A stretch of 53,944 bases of DNA from Chitinophagaceae bacterium. GTDB taxonomy: Bacteria; Bacteroidota; Bacteroidia; Chitinophagales; Chitinophagaceae. How positions within the stretch are numbered: position 1 is the stretch's first letter; every line of letters starts with the position of its first letter. Made by a program: the position numbers and the translations under genes. Shown one piece after another: positions 9,327 to 19,382 of this stretch. The notes under the pieces were generated by a model that saw only the letters and a program-made list of their open reading frames with translations, searched no databases and had not been told where the DNA came from. The DNA is taken from assembly GCA_035526625.1 (NCBI GenBank), contig DATLCB010000247.1, positions 1-53,944 on the forward strand, given 5' to 3'.

Positions 9327-9345
9327 CTGTTCCAGGAAAATTTTA

Positions 9346-10761
9346 TCAGCCTCTTTTTATAAGCTCATACGCAATGGCAGGGAAACCCCTGATCCCTCCT
9401 TCCGTCAGCGATGTGAACTTCACTTTATAATAGTTATTCTCACCGTCCCTGATGATATAAAACCTGTCGGCATATGTTTGCGCAGGCGAAGGAGTAGTCC
9501 GTCTCCAGTCGGCGCCAATAGCAGTTTGAGAGGTGCTCCATGCAGTGATAGTACCATCCGCGAGGTTGGCGGCTGTAAAGGATTCGTATGTTTTTGTCGT
9601 GGTCAATACTTTAGCGATCGCTACATTCCGGTTCTGAATAATAAAATCCTGGAAAAGATAGGGTACTTCACCGCCGCCAAAGTTGGTGGTGTTGCCGAAA
9701 TAGGTCCATGCAATATCCCATTTCTTTTTTTCTGGTTCTACACTTACGGGACCGTTATCCAGGGAAATGTATTTAAAAAAATAAGCTTCGTCTTTTGCGA
9801 TATCCACCGATGTAAATGTCGTTGCAGCTATATCGGCATGCTGCAATGTATAACCACCTGCTGAATTCCGAATAATGCGGATCTTTTTCCAGCCCCTGGA
9901 AAGAGCGGGTGTTCCTATACCTGAACCGCGGTTAATGATATACACTTTATTGTCGCCCGCAACGGGTGAGATCATGCTGATGGCCGTTCTGCTGATATCA
10001 CCAGTAGGATAATCCACATAAGCCATTTGTGACGGCACGGGTGTAAAGGGGCTATAAGCAAGGTCAAGTGAAAGACCCAGCGTATCTGCCGATGTAACTG
10101 TATTCAGGTCATTTTTATTGAGCTGCTTTGCCATCATGCCTACCGATGAATTCAGTATCACCCGGAAACTATCCGCTCCCGCGGCCGTATAGAAACCGAG
10201 GTCCCAATTAGTGCGAAGGACTTTTGTCTGGCGGTTAGCGCTCAGGTCAAGAAAGACTTTATTAGGATAAGTTGCTCCGCCACCATCAATAGTATAGGAG
10301 GACGAATTGGCCACGAGTTCAGCAAAGCTGAGGGTGAATTGTCTTGTTGCACCGATCAATACAGGCGCAGCAGAACTGTATAAATTAAATATGATCTTTT
10401 CATCGCCGTCGAACAGAACGCCGGGTACTTTATTTATAGTAAAGGAAGCCTCATCATTTCCTGGAGGGATCGTAACACTCAAAGAACCAGCCATAGCCGC
10501 GGGTGTGGTGGTGAAATCAGTGCCATAGACAACCCCCTGCGGAGTCAAATTGATAGAAACCGGGATGTCTTTGTCCGTTCCTCTCGATAATTTCACTTTT
10601 ACTGTAATGGAATTCTCCGATTCCACGATACCCTGGGCATTTGATTCAAATATTACATAATTATCCGACAGGGATAGCCCTTCTCTTTTTCGACAGGCTG
10701 CAAAGAAAATACTTGCAGCAAGCAAAACATAAAGCGTTCTTATAATAGTTCCTTTGATCAT
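9346..10761 (-). CDS. hmuY: HmuY family heme-binding lipoprotein with N-terminal Calx-beta/Ig-like domain
   Basis: Lipobox FAAC from ATG 10761; DGDE Calx-beta-like motif; WDLGF, WDIAW, IGADWR, YYKVKF; directly after a heme-type TonB receptor. Confidence 0.8.
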   Translation of the reverse strand: MIKGTIIRTLYVLLAASIFFAACRKREGLSLSDNYVIFESNAQGIVESENSITVKVKLSRGTDKDIPVSINLTPQGVVYGTDFTTTPAAMAGSLSVTIPPGNDEASFTINKVPGVLFDGDEKIIFNLYSSAAPVLIGATRQFTLSFAELVANSSSYTIDGGGATYPNKVFLDLSANRQTKVLRTNWDLGFYTAAGADSFRVILNSSVGMMAKQLNKNDLNTVTSADTLGLSLDLAYSPFTPVPSQMAYVDYPTGDISRTAISMISPVAGDNKVYIINRGSGIGTPALSRGWKKIRIIRNSAGGYTLQHADIAATTFTSVDIAKDEAYFFKYISLDNGPVSVEPEKKKWDIAWTYFGNTTNFGGGEVPYLFQDFIIQNRNVAIAKVLTTTKTYESFTAANLADGTITAWSTSQTAIGADWRRTTPSPAQTYADRFYIIRDGENNYYKVKFTSLTEGGIRGFPAIAYELIKRG

Positions 10762-10786
10762 CGTATATAGTTTAGTCTTTAAAGAA

Positions 10787-12856
10787 TTACTTTTTCTCCC
10801 AGTTAAATAAAAGTCCCGCGAAATAAGAGCGGCCATAAGCCAGGTTCCTTCCAGCACCATTAGTATGTATGCCACCTGTGCTGGAAATAGTGCTGCTGAC
10901 ACGGTCAACATCAAAGAGATCCCTTATCCCTGCACTAAGGGTAAAATATTTAAAGAATGTCTTGCTGAATCTTTTGTTGAACGTAATGTCGGCCATATGA
11001 TAACCCTCCAATTCTGTCAGAACTATAGCTGACCCCTGCAATACATAAGAAGGCTGCTTACCGGTGAACTTATAAAACAGGTTAGCGTCCAGCCCGATCT
11101 TTGAAAAAGTATATCCGATATTCGTATTAGCCTCTGCGGACCATTGCAGTACGGGTAAGGAATTATCCTGTTCGGAATGATCGTTATAAAATCCCGTATA
11201 AGAAGCACCCAATGATACATTCCATTTATTGTATTTCACCGTCGTTGTCAAATTGATACCCGCTGTTTTACTGTTCGACACATTCGTAAGGATGTACAGG
11301 TTCGGATCGCTGGAAGAAAGAGCATAATCTATCAGGTTCTTTACACTGTTGTAAAAACCACCGAGGACCGATGTATAAATAACTTTGTCGGGAGACATCT
11401 TTTTCCAGCTTAGCGAAGCCGTGAAGCTGTTAGAGGTCTCTGCTTTCAGATTAGGGTTGCCCATGATCTGGTGATTCGCATCAAAGAAATTCATGTATAA
11501 TTCTCTCAGGGATGGAGAACGAAAACCTCTTGCATAGGCCAACCGCAGGTCGAGTTTTTCCGACAAAGAATACTTTGTATTGATAGATGGTATAAACGGC
11601 GGTGCATCATACACCGAATTCTTTATGAATCTTATACCGGGCCTTATATTCCACTTTGCCGAAGGAGTGATCTCCGCTGTCGTAAATATTGCATAATCAT
11701 TTACCTCGTTGCTGCCTTTCCTCAACCTTTCCCCTTCCCCACTTTCAAGGTCAATGTCAACACCGGGTTGTACCGAGACAAGTGATGATATTCTGTAAAC
11801 GGCCGAACTGCGGAAAGTAAAACCTTTTATCTTGACAAGACTTTGATTTTTCTCAATATCCATACTCAGCTTACCTGTATGCTGGCTGAGTATAGTGGAA
11901 AATACCTGCCTGCTATAGTTCGTATAAGCGGCCTGTGCCTGCAAGGATAAATTGCTGTTTATAAAATAAGAGGCCTGTAATTGTTGCATGATCCTTCTCG
12001 AAAGATATTCCTGGTCCTGTGCTGTGGAATCGCCGGCATCCTGCTGCCATTGCGTGAAGTTGCCGGGATTGGTGATGATCTCATCGAGCCCATCGATACG
12101 ATAACGAATATTGAATGTAGCATTGTTGTAACCAATGTATCCTGTAGCGATGAGCTGGTCTTTCCAATGCCAGACCATCTCCCTTCCGATAGCAGTGTCT
12201 TTCCAGCCGCCGAAATAATTATGACCAAAGCTTCCGCCTGCCTCCCATTTTTTATTTCTCCACCCAAGGCCGGCATACTGGTTATGTACACCCTGCTCCC
12301 ATCCGTACTCATTCCCCACTGTTTCTTCCTGTACTCTTGCTGTAACCGAGAATTTGGCAGCTGCTTGTTTTTTTGTGATGATGTTTATTACACCGGCCAG
12401 GGCATCGGCCCCATAGATCACCGACATAGGTCCTTCCACTATCTCGATCCGTTCGATAGAATTGATATCGATTTGATTGATGTTGATCTCATTCGTCGTG
12501 CCCTGCCTCCCTACAAGCGGCAACCCATCCAGTAAAATTTTTACATTTTGTCCTTTCAGTCCCATCATCGTGATGTCTGAGCCTCCCGTAGCCAGATCCT
12601 GGGAGAAACGAATGTTCAACTCGCTGTTCAGCACATCCTGCAATTTGGTTGCTCCCTGTTTCTGTATCCTTTCTTTACCGATGACCCGTACCTGGTAAAC
12701 TGAGTTTTTTACAGATCGCGGTTTATATTGCCCGGTAACCACTGCTGCTTCCAGTTCTTTTGCTTTGGTCGTGTCTTCGGGCACAGTAAGGAAAGACTGC
12801 CCGTGCAAAGAATAAAAAATGCAGGAGATAAAAATCGAAATAAAGATCTTCTTCAT
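10787..12856 (-). CDS. TonB-dependent heme/iron receptor (HmuR-like)
   Basis: Plug motif IERIEIVEGPMSVIYGADALAGVINII; FRSP...H...NPNL (FRAP/NPNL-type) signature; ATG 12856. Confidence 0.85.
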   Translation of the reverse strand: MKKIFISIFISCIFYSLHGQSFLTVPEDTTKAKELEAAVVTGQYKPRSVKNSVYQVRVIGKERIQKQGATKLQDVLNSELNIRFSQDLATGGSDITMMGLKGQNVKILLDGLPLVGRQGTTNEININQIDINSIERIEIVEGPMSVIYGADALAGVINIITKKQAAAKFSVTARVQEETVGNEYGWEQGVHNQYAGLGWRNKKWEAGGSFGHNYFGGWKDTAIGREMVWHWKDQLIATGYIGYNNATFNIRYRIDGLDEIITNPGNFTQWQQDAGDSTAQDQEYLSRRIMQQLQASYFINSNLSLQAQAAYTNYSRQVFSTILSQHTGKLSMDIEKNQSLVKIKGFTFRSSAVYRISSLVSVQPGVDIDLESGEGERLRKGSNEVNDYAIFTTAEITPSAKWNIRPGIRFIKNSVYDAPPFIPSINTKYSLSEKLDLRLAYARGFRSPSLRELYMNFFDANHQIMGNPNLKAETSNSFTASLSWKKMSPDKVIYTSVLGGFYNSVKNLIDYALSSSDPNLYILTNVSNSKTAGINLTTTVKYNKWNVSLGASYTGFYNDHSEQDNSLPVLQWSAEANTNIGYTFSKIGLDANLFYKFTGKQPSYVLQGSAIVLTELEGYHMADITFNKRFSKTFFKYFTLSAGIRDLFDVDRVSSTISSTGGIHTNGAGRNLAYGRSYFAGLLFNWEKK

Positions 12857-13080
12857 AAAAAAGTAATTGCGTGCAAATGTTATCCAGCTTTGATTGTTTT
12901 TTATCATGCAACTGTCAGAAGAACACTATAAAATTTCTTTGACAAATAAATGACTGCGTTTCGTTGAAGTATCAGCCGGGCATATGATACAGATCATAGG
13001 AAGAATCGATGATCAGCATGCTTTCAACATGAAGATGAAAGTAGTTTTGCAAAAAGGGAACTCGCATCCAATAATAAAAA

Positions 13081-13107
13081 AAAGCTGCTCATTCCCTGAG
13101 CAGCTTT
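13081..13107 (-). terminator. Intrinsic terminator after the DUF4920 gene
   Basis: 10-bp stem AAAGCTGCTC/GAGCAGCTTT plus T tract on the minus strand. Confidence 0.8.
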
Positions 13108-13129
13108 CCATTATTAATTTAAAAAGGAT

Positions 13130-13606
13130 CTATTCAACCACAACAATACCTTTCGCCATTACCCTCACTTCCTTCTTAGGCTCTGTAATAGCATCGATCT
13201 CCTCTTTTGTTTTTTTAGCGTCTTCAGCATAATGTTTTAACTCTGCAACGGAAGTGGTCTTCATTTTTACTTCGCCATCGATCACCACGGTTTTGCCTTT
13301 TGCGGCGAGTGGAAGGAAGAAACCATAATCTTTCATTTTTACGGTTGCTTTTTCACCACCGGGTAATTCCAATGTTATCCAGCATCCTTTTTTGGCGCAT
13401 ACTTCCACTACTTTGGCCCTTATTTTCCCTTCGACCTCTTCTTTCCCGCTATTCAATTTAGCTACGACGTCGCTGATAGGTACAGCGCCTTCAACAGATA
13501 CTTTTTCACCATACCATTCACCTGGTTTTGCATCGCCGGCCGGTGGCTGTGCGTTAACGATCAGTGTAAAACCTGTAGCTAAGAAGCCTAAGAGTAATTT
13601 TTTCAT
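13130..13606 (-). CDS. DUF4920 domain-containing exported protein
   Basis: Signal peptide; VCAKKGCW, KDYGFFLP, ELKHYAEDA motifs. Confidence 0.8.
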   Translation of the reverse strand: MKKLLLGFLATGFTLIVNAQPPAGDAKPGEWYGEKVSVEGAVPISDVVAKLNSGKEEVEGKIRAKVVEVCAKKGCWITLELPGGEKATVKMKDYGFFLPLAAKGKTVVIDGEVKMKTTSVAELKHYAEDAKKTKEEIDAITEPKKEVRVMAKGIVVVE

Positions 13607-13658
13607 CTTTATTGCTTTGAATAGTTTAAATGTTGTCCGAAGGATCCTCGGGGGAGAA

Positions 13659-13666
13659 CAAAGATA
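13659..13666 (-). promoter_or_regulatory. -7 promoter element TATCTTTG for the DUF4920 gene
   Basis: Reverse complement of CAAAGATA matches TAnnTTTG. Confidence 0.5.
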
Positions 13667-13688
13667 GTTTTTCCGGCGAGATAGTTGC

Positions 13689-14774
13689 CTAATCAGGTAA
13701 TACAGGTTTTTTAAACGGCACAGGTGCTGAAGAGATGGCCTTTAGAAAAGATTCCAGGTCGGCTATTTCCTTGTTTGTCAGAAAAAGCATCTTAATGGTC
13801 TTCTCGCTACCCCCATTTCCTTCCGCCCCTTTATTATAATGCCCGATCAATTCTTTTATCGATCTCATCTTTCCGTGATGCATCCAGGGACCTGTATTCA
13901 TTACATCTCTTAAAGAAGGAGTTTTAAATTTTCCAAGATCAGCTATGTCATGAGTTGTATTGTACAATCCTTTATCGAATTTAGCACTATCAATAAATCC
14001 ATTCTCATAATAATGAAAACCGTTATTATGAAACTGGTTATCGGAAAAAAGAGGACCGTTATGACAATTCATACATCTTGCTTTTGTACGGAACAGGTGC
14101 AGGCCTCTCAGTTCACTATTGGTTAAGATCTTCTTATCTCCTTCCAGGAATTTATCGAACCTGCTTTTAGCACTCACGATCGTTTTTTCAAAGCTGGCGA
14201 TCGCTTCGGTCATGCGGTCGGGGCTTATCTCATCATCACCAAATGCTTTTGCAAAAAGATCTTTATACCCTTTTACTGCCCTGAGCTTACGCATCAGCTC
14301 CGGCATTTCACTGTGCATCTCTGTCTCGCTGTTGATAGGAGCAAAGGCCTGGTCCTCCAGGTTTTTTGCACGACCATCCCAGAAGAGTTTTTTGTAGAAC
14401 CATGTGTTTTGAATACTGGGTGAATTTCTTTTGGTAAGAGTTCCCTCGTGACCAGTGGATCTTTCCTTACCATCTGTCCACGAAAGTTCGGGTTGATGAC
14501 AGGTGGCACAGGATATCTTTCCTGAACCACTCAATCTTGCATCGAAGAACAGCATTTTACCCAACTCAATGATATGCTGAAGCGAAGCCTTTTGATCTTC
14601 AATAGGGCTGCCCGGTAATATTCCCAACTCCTGCCAGTTGATCCTATCATCTATAAAAGGAGCTGGCCATTGAGAAGAAGGCCGGGAATAAATATTCCGC
14701 AGGCTTTCTTTTGAAAAAGAAACCGATAAAACAACAGCGAACAATAAAGAGGTCAGAACAAAACACTTCCTCAT
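13689..14774 (-). CDS. Di-heme cytochrome c peroxidase / MauG-MbnH family protein
   Basis: Two heme-binding motifs (CATCH, CMNCH), FWDGRA, FKTPSLR, PWMH; signal peptide from MRKCF. Confidence 0.88.
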   Translation of the reverse strand: MRKCFVLTSLLFAVVLSVSFSKESLRNIYSRPSSQWPAPFIDDRINWQELGILPGSPIEDQKASLQHIIELGKMLFFDARLSGSGKISCATCHQPELSWTDGKERSTGHEGTLTKRNSPSIQNTWFYKKLFWDGRAKNLEDQAFAPINSETEMHSEMPELMRKLRAVKGYKDLFAKAFGDDEISPDRMTEAIASFEKTIVSAKSRFDKFLEGDKKILTNSELRGLHLFRTKARCMNCHNGPLFSDNQFHNNGFHYYENGFIDSAKFDKGLYNTTHDIADLGKFKTPSLRDVMNTGPWMHHGKMRSIKELIGHYNKGAEGNGGSEKTIKMLFLTNKEIADLESFLKAISSAPVPFKKPVLPD

Positions 14775-14790
14775 GAAGCAAATATGCAAA

Positions 14791-14818
14791 AAGAGCCGGA
14801 TATAAAATCCCGGCTTTT
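14791..14818 (-). terminator. Hairpin/terminator between the TonB receptor and the peroxidase gene
   Basis: AGCCGG...CCGGCT stem flanked by A/T tracts. Confidence 0.55.
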
Positions 14819-14821
14819 TAT

Positions 14822-16987
14822 TCACAATCTTAGTTTAATACCCCCATTCACCACAAACCCATCCAGCGGTGCATAAATATCCCTGAATACAGGATTGGCA
14901 ATGGACCCGGTATAGATGGAATCAAATTTCGTCTGGCGTGTATCCAGGAAATTCTCAAAATTGATATACAGAGAGAGTTTCTCCCAAAGTTTCTCTGCCA
15001 TAAAACCGGTGATCCAATAAGATCTTCCCGTTGCTCCGTTACTCAATTGTTGTTTACTGAAATAATAAGCTTCCAGGCCAACTTTCCATTTTTCCTCCAC
15101 TTCATATAATAACACGGTATTCAGCCGGTGTTTGGGTGTAAGAAGACTTTCTGTTTTGCTGCTTCCCTGGTGCAGGTAGGCGTTGGTGAACGTATAACCC
15201 AGAAACAATTTGAAATCTTTATATCCCAGTTTTACATTGGTTTCTACTCCTTTGCTGTCAATATGCCCATTCACATTATTGAAACGGAAGTTGACGCCAT
15301 CCGGCTGTAGCAGTAGCGGGTCATGAATACGGGTGTAAAAGAAAAGATGATTGATGCTAAAACTAACTTCGCCATCAGCCAATTTTGTTTTGTAATTGAT
15401 ATCAGCATTGACCCCATAACTTCTTTCCAGTTTATTAACCGCATCGTTGATCGGCAATACGTTTTTGTATTGTAGTCTTTCGCTTTCTTCGGTAAAGATG
15501 TTAGGCGCTTTATACCCCAATCCTCCACCGATCCGAGAGGATAGTTTCGGAGAAAATTTGAAAAGAGCTGACACCCGTGGCAACAAGGTAAAGCCATAAT
15601 CTTTCACAGCATCTCCCCGCAATCCTGTTTCCAGGCGAAATTTATCGCTCACTTTCCAGTTGTTCTGCACAAATATCCCGCCGGTTAGCTGCTGATAGTT
15701 ACGTAACAATGTCGGTGAAGTAATTCGTTGTTCCTTAAAATCATCGGTTATCAGGTTCACTCCCGCTATCCATTCCGATATCGCACCATGCGATGCATAA
15801 GTGGCTTCAGTAAATGTTCCATTCTGCGTTCCATTAAAGGCGTAAGCAGGTGAAGAAATAGTTCTGTGAAAGCGGTTGAAGCTATTCTTTATAGTTATAT
15901 GACTGGATTTACCAAAATGATGCTGGAAATTCAATTTCGCACTATAGCGGTCTGAATTATTGGTCTCATAATAACCAGCGGGGTTGTTACCTTTTATATA
16001 AGCTACATCACCGCCCGTTCTTTCTTCTGTTGTGATATTAACGCCTGCTGTGAGTTCCGTTTTATCCGTGAAATAAACGAACAGCTTTGGGTTCACGGTG
16101 TAGCGTTCAAATTTGGGAATAGCAGTAAGCCCGATATCAGCCGGATCATAAGCTGAATTGGAATTGCGGGAAGCAAACAATGTCAACCCAACCTTACCAA
16201 ACTTCTTTCCATAAAAACCACTGGTATTTAATCCCCCCGCCGATGTAACATCAAGGTGGAATTTCAACTCTCTTTCATCTTGTGGTGTTTTGGAGATCAG
16301 GTTCACGAGCCCTGCAATAGCGCCACCGCCATATAAAGTAGAAGCCGAGCCTTTGATCACTTCAAACTGTTTGAGGTCAAGCGGGGGTGTTTGAAGCAAC
16401 CCAAGTCCACCGCTAAAGCCTGCGTACAGCGGAAAACCATCTTTCAGTATTTGTGTATAACGTCCGTCGAGCCCTTGTATACGGATAGATGCATTAGCTG
16501 AAGTTGCAGAAGTTTGCTGTGTAGTGATACCCGTACTTTCATTTAATACCATTCTTATATCACCGGGTTTCATATTGGCCTTTTCATCCAGTTCTTCACC
16601 CGCTACGAACTCTACCCTTGTCGGTATATCCTGTATGGTACGAGAACTGCGGGTGGATTGAATGATGACTTCTTCCTCCTCTTCGATCTTTGGCTCCAAC
16701 TCAACTGTAAGCAAAGAGTCTTCAAAGGGGATTACAATGGGTATTTCTTTAGGTATAAAACCAAGGTGGGCAACAATAAGTGTTCTATTCCCTTTTGGCA
16801 AACGATAGATCCAAGCTATTCCGGCGGTGTCTGTAGCTGGTAGATTTTCTGCCCCTCTACATAGTATAGCCGCATTTTGAATAGGTTCCTTTGTTTCCGC
16901 ATTTATAACTTTTATCCTAACTACATTTTGACTGAAAATAGTACTGGCACATGTCAATGCCAGTATCAATAAGCATATTTTATTCAT
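14822..16987 (-). CDS. TonB-dependent receptor with N-terminal carboxypeptidase-regulatory-like domain
   Basis: IRIQGLDGRYTQILKDG, EVIKGSASTLYGGGAIAGLVNL, C-terminal YAPLDGFVVNGGIKLRL. Confidence 0.9.
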   Translation of the reverse strand: MNKICLLILALTCASTIFSQNVVRIKVINAETKEPIQNAAILCRGAENLPATDTAGIAWIYRLPKGNRTLIVAHLGFIPKEIPIVIPFEDSLLTVELEPKIEEEEEVIIQSTRSSRTIQDIPTRVEFVAGEELDEKANMKPGDIRMVLNESTGITTQQTSATSANASIRIQGLDGRYTQILKDGFPLYAGFSGGLGLLQTPPLDLKQFEVIKGSASTLYGGGAIAGLVNLISKTPQDERELKFHLDVTSAGGLNTSGFYGKKFGKVGLTLFASRNSNSAYDPADIGLTAIPKFERYTVNPKLFVYFTDKTELTAGVNITTEERTGGDVAYIKGNNPAGYYETNNSDRYSAKLNFQHHFGKSSHITIKNSFNRFHRTISSPAYAFNGTQNGTFTEATYASHGAISEWIAGVNLITDDFKEQRITSPTLLRNYQQLTGGIFVQNNWKVSDKFRLETGLRGDAVKDYGFTLLPRVSALFKFSPKLSSRIGGGLGYKAPNIFTEESERLQYKNVLPINDAVNKLERSYGVNADINYKTKLADGEVSFSINHLFFYTRIHDPLLLQPDGVNFRFNNVNGHIDSKGVETNVKLGYKDFKLFLGYTFTNAYLHQGSSKTESLLTPKHRLNTVLLYEVEEKWKVGLEAYYFSKQQLSNGATGRSYWITGFMAEKLWEKLSLYINFENFLDTRQTKFDSIYTGSIANPVFRDIYAPLDGFVVNGGIKLRL

Positions 16988-17026
16988 GGGTGAATTTTAG
17001 ATCAATGAATTCAAGTTCTAAGAGGA

Positions 17027-17332
17027 TCATTGACCTAATTTGGGCGGTTGCCAGAAATCAAGATCAGCATCAGGAAGTGATGACTGCTGGTAAACAGTAT
17101 AAACAGGAGAAGCGTCAGGAGAAATAAATTCAAACTGGATGGGCTGATAAGCAATAGTAGCGGAAGCACAACCCTCACAACTAAAAAAAGGAGAACAGCT
17201 GCCGCAGTCATCGTCTCCTGTTTCATGTCCGGCCTGCTCTGCTTTATCGTCAGGACAATTATCAAGGATACAGCAGGGCACTGCCGCCAGGCCGATGATA
17301 TAAAAAGCCAGTATGTAGGCGAAAAGTTTCAT
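17027..17332 (-). CDS. DUF6660-like small Cys-rich protein
   Basis: Hydrophobic N-terminus with PC, CSPFFSCEGC, terminal FWQPPK. Confidence 0.7.
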   Translation of the reverse strand: MKLFAYILAFYIIGLAAVPCCILDNCPDDKAEQAGHETGDDDCGSCSPFFSCEGCASATIAYQPIQFEFISPDASPVYTVYQQSSLPDADLDFWQPPKLGQ

Positions 17333-17442
17333 CAGCAGCAAAACTATACACTGGAAACAACAAAAGAAGAATAAAAAGCTGCTTTATTATCGTAAACCCT
17401 CTGAATGTTGCTGGAGAAAGACGTTCTACGATCATCAAATCC

Positions 17443-18387
17443 TTAATTTCTTAAGAGAAGTTCACAGGGTTTTAAACCGGTATGTTTTTTAAAAGCTGTT
17501 GAGAAATGGGAAATAGAGGAATAACCGAGCATCAGGGAAACTTCTGTTACGCTTAACCCCTTTTCATACAATAGGTATTTGGCATGTTCCATTCTCTGGC
17601 TTTGATAAAAATCAAAGACAGTAGTGCCGAATAGTTCTTTGAATCCTTTTTTAAGGTAACATTCGTTGATAGCTACTTTACGGCTCAGTTCTTTAATGGT
17701 GATGGGCTCACCGATATGCTGAATGAGTATCTCTCTTGCTTTTACGATCTTTTCCCGGTCAGCTTCGTTGGCCAGGAATTTACAATTCACTACATCGATC
17801 TCTTTCTCGCCCAGCATACAGTCAAGGCTGTATAATAACAGCATCTGGGTTTGAGCATTAATATAAATATTCTCGAGACTATCGCTATAGGTATGGTTCA
17901 ACACTCCTTCGAGTACCATTCTTGTTTTCCCGCAAAGAGGAAGGATCTTGGTGAAAGAAGAGCGATGTTTGAAACTCAATATATCGTCGGTAAGTACGGT
18001 GTTACCTTTCCTCGGTTTGATGAATTGACTGAGATGAGTGGGTGAGAATTTAAAACTGACCACATCCACACTATCCACTCTTTCCACACAACTTTTCGAT
18101 GCCCCGAACTGGCACATATCGCATTCGGTTTCTTTTTTACGGCAGTACACATTACCACTTACACAAAACCTGAGTTCGAGATAATTTTCCTTGTCTTCCG
18201 TTTTAGTATAATGATATACCATCATACCCGTGTCTTCAATGCTCCCTTGCGGGTTTCGCCTGTAACGGTTGATCGTATATTGGACAGAACCAGGTATCAG
18301 TTGTACCCTTTCCTGCAACTGAACCATCTGGTCCTGCATCAGGGTTTGCTTATACGCCAGTGATAATATATCGGGAGGATTGTACAT
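17443..18387 (-). CDS. AraC family (PchR-like) transcriptional regulator
   Basis: C-terminal double HTH (ELSRKVAINECYLKKGFKELFG...GYSSISHFSTAFKKHTG). Confidence 0.9.
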   Translation of the reverse strand: MYNPPDILSLAYKQTLMQDQMVQLQERVQLIPGSVQYTINRYRRNPQGSIEDTGMMVYHYTKTEDKENYLELRFCVSGNVYCRKKETECDMCQFGASKSCVERVDSVDVVSFKFSPTHLSQFIKPRKGNTVLTDDILSFKHRSSFTKILPLCGKTRMVLEGVLNHTYSDSLENIYINAQTQMLLLYSLDCMLGEKEIDVVNCKFLANEADREKIVKAREILIQHIGEPITIKELSRKVAINECYLKKGFKELFGTTVFDFYQSQRMEHAKYLLYEKGLSVTEVSLMLGYSSISHFSTAFKKHTGLKPCELLLRN

Positions 18388-18394
18388 CAAAGGT

Positions 18395-18402
18395 CAAATT
18401 TA
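18395..18402 (-). promoter_or_regulatory. -7 element TAAATTTG for the AraC gene
   Basis: Reverse complement of CAAATTTA, just upstream of ATG 18387. Confidence 0.5.
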
Positions 18403-18506
18403 CAACTTCCACGTCAATATTAATGGTGCAACGCTGATTCAATTCGTTCTCCCCTCATTTTTAACAAGCTATAGCGAAAAAAACTTCTGTTTTATGCTGT
18501 AAAAGC

Positions 18507-18514
18507 TAACTTTG
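18507..18514 (+). promoter_or_regulatory. -7 element TAACTTTG for lpxA
   Basis: TAnnTTTG match about 60 bp upstream of lpxA. Confidence 0.55.
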
Positions 18515-18575
18515 CCTGCCCCGTTTCAAATTAGGTAAAACTAATAAAGATAACCGGGCCCGTCTTTAACCAGCT

Positions 18576-19382
18576 ATGATTCATCCACATACATATATAC
18601 ACCCCAATGCCAGGTTGGCTACCAATGTAAAGGTTGATCCTTTTACTGTCATTCACCAGGATGTAGAGGTTGGCGATGGCACCTGGATAGGATCCAATGT
18701 GACTATCATGGAAGGGGCTCGGATCGGAAAGAACTGCCGCATTTTTCCTGGTGCCGTTATTGCAGCCGTACCGCAGGATCTTAAATTTCACGGAGAATAT
18801 TCAACCGTCATTATTGGCGATGGCACTACCATACGTGAATTTGTAACGGTGAACCGTGGGACAGAAGACAGGCAAAAAACAATGATCGGCAAGAATTGCC
18901 TGGTCATGGCATATTCGCATTTTGCGCATGATTGTATTGTTGGTGATAATTGCATTGTAAGTAACAACACGCAGGTGGCGGGTCATGTGACCATTGGTGA
19001 ATGGTCTATACTCGCGGGTATGTGTGCGGTTCACCAGTTTGTAAAGATCGGCGCTCATTCTTTTATTGCCGGGGGTTCATTGGTCACAAAAGATGTTCCT
19101 CCCTATATCAAAGCGGGACGTAACCCGCTTAGTTATGCCGGTGTAAATTCAGTAGGTTTAAAAAGACGCGGCTTTAGTATCGAACGCATCAATCATATCC
19201 TCGACATTTACCGGGTACTTTTTAATAAAGGGATGAACACCAGCCAGGCAGTAGAATATATCGAAGAAGAAATGCCCGCTACCGATGAGCGGGATGAGAT
19301 CGTAACTTTTATCCGGGAAAGCGGCCGTGGTATCATTAAACGCTTCACCAAAGGAAACGGCGATGACGATCTACCTGTCTGA
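18576..19382 (+). CDS. lpxA: Acyl-ACP--UDP-N-acetylglucosamine O-acyltransferase
   Basis: Hexapeptide repeats, PQDLK, IREFVTVNRGT, AHDC, VHQF, KDVPPY. Confidence 0.96.
   Translation: MIHPHTYIHPNARLATNVKVDPFTVIHQDVEVGDGTWIGSNVTIMEGARIGKNCRIFPGAVIAAVPQDLKFHGEYSTVIIGDGTTIREFVTVNRGTEDRQKTMIGKNCLVMAYSHFAHDCIVGDNCIVSNNTQVAGHVTIGEWSILAGMCAVHQFVKIGAHSFIAGGSLVTKDVPPYIKAGRNPLSYAGVNSVGLKRRGFSIERINHILDIYRVLFNKGMNTSQAVEYIEEEMPATDERDEIVTFIRESGRGIIKRFTKGNGDDDLPV

Noticed and set aside
8281-9864. 245-aa and 211-aa plus-strand ORFs
   Set aside because: Antisense to DUF6607 and hmuY with no recognisable motifs.
12857-13080. Possible riboswitch, Fur box or small ORF upstream of the heme receptor
   Set aside because: No cobalamin or TPP consensus and no convincing palindrome; the short ORFs lack support.
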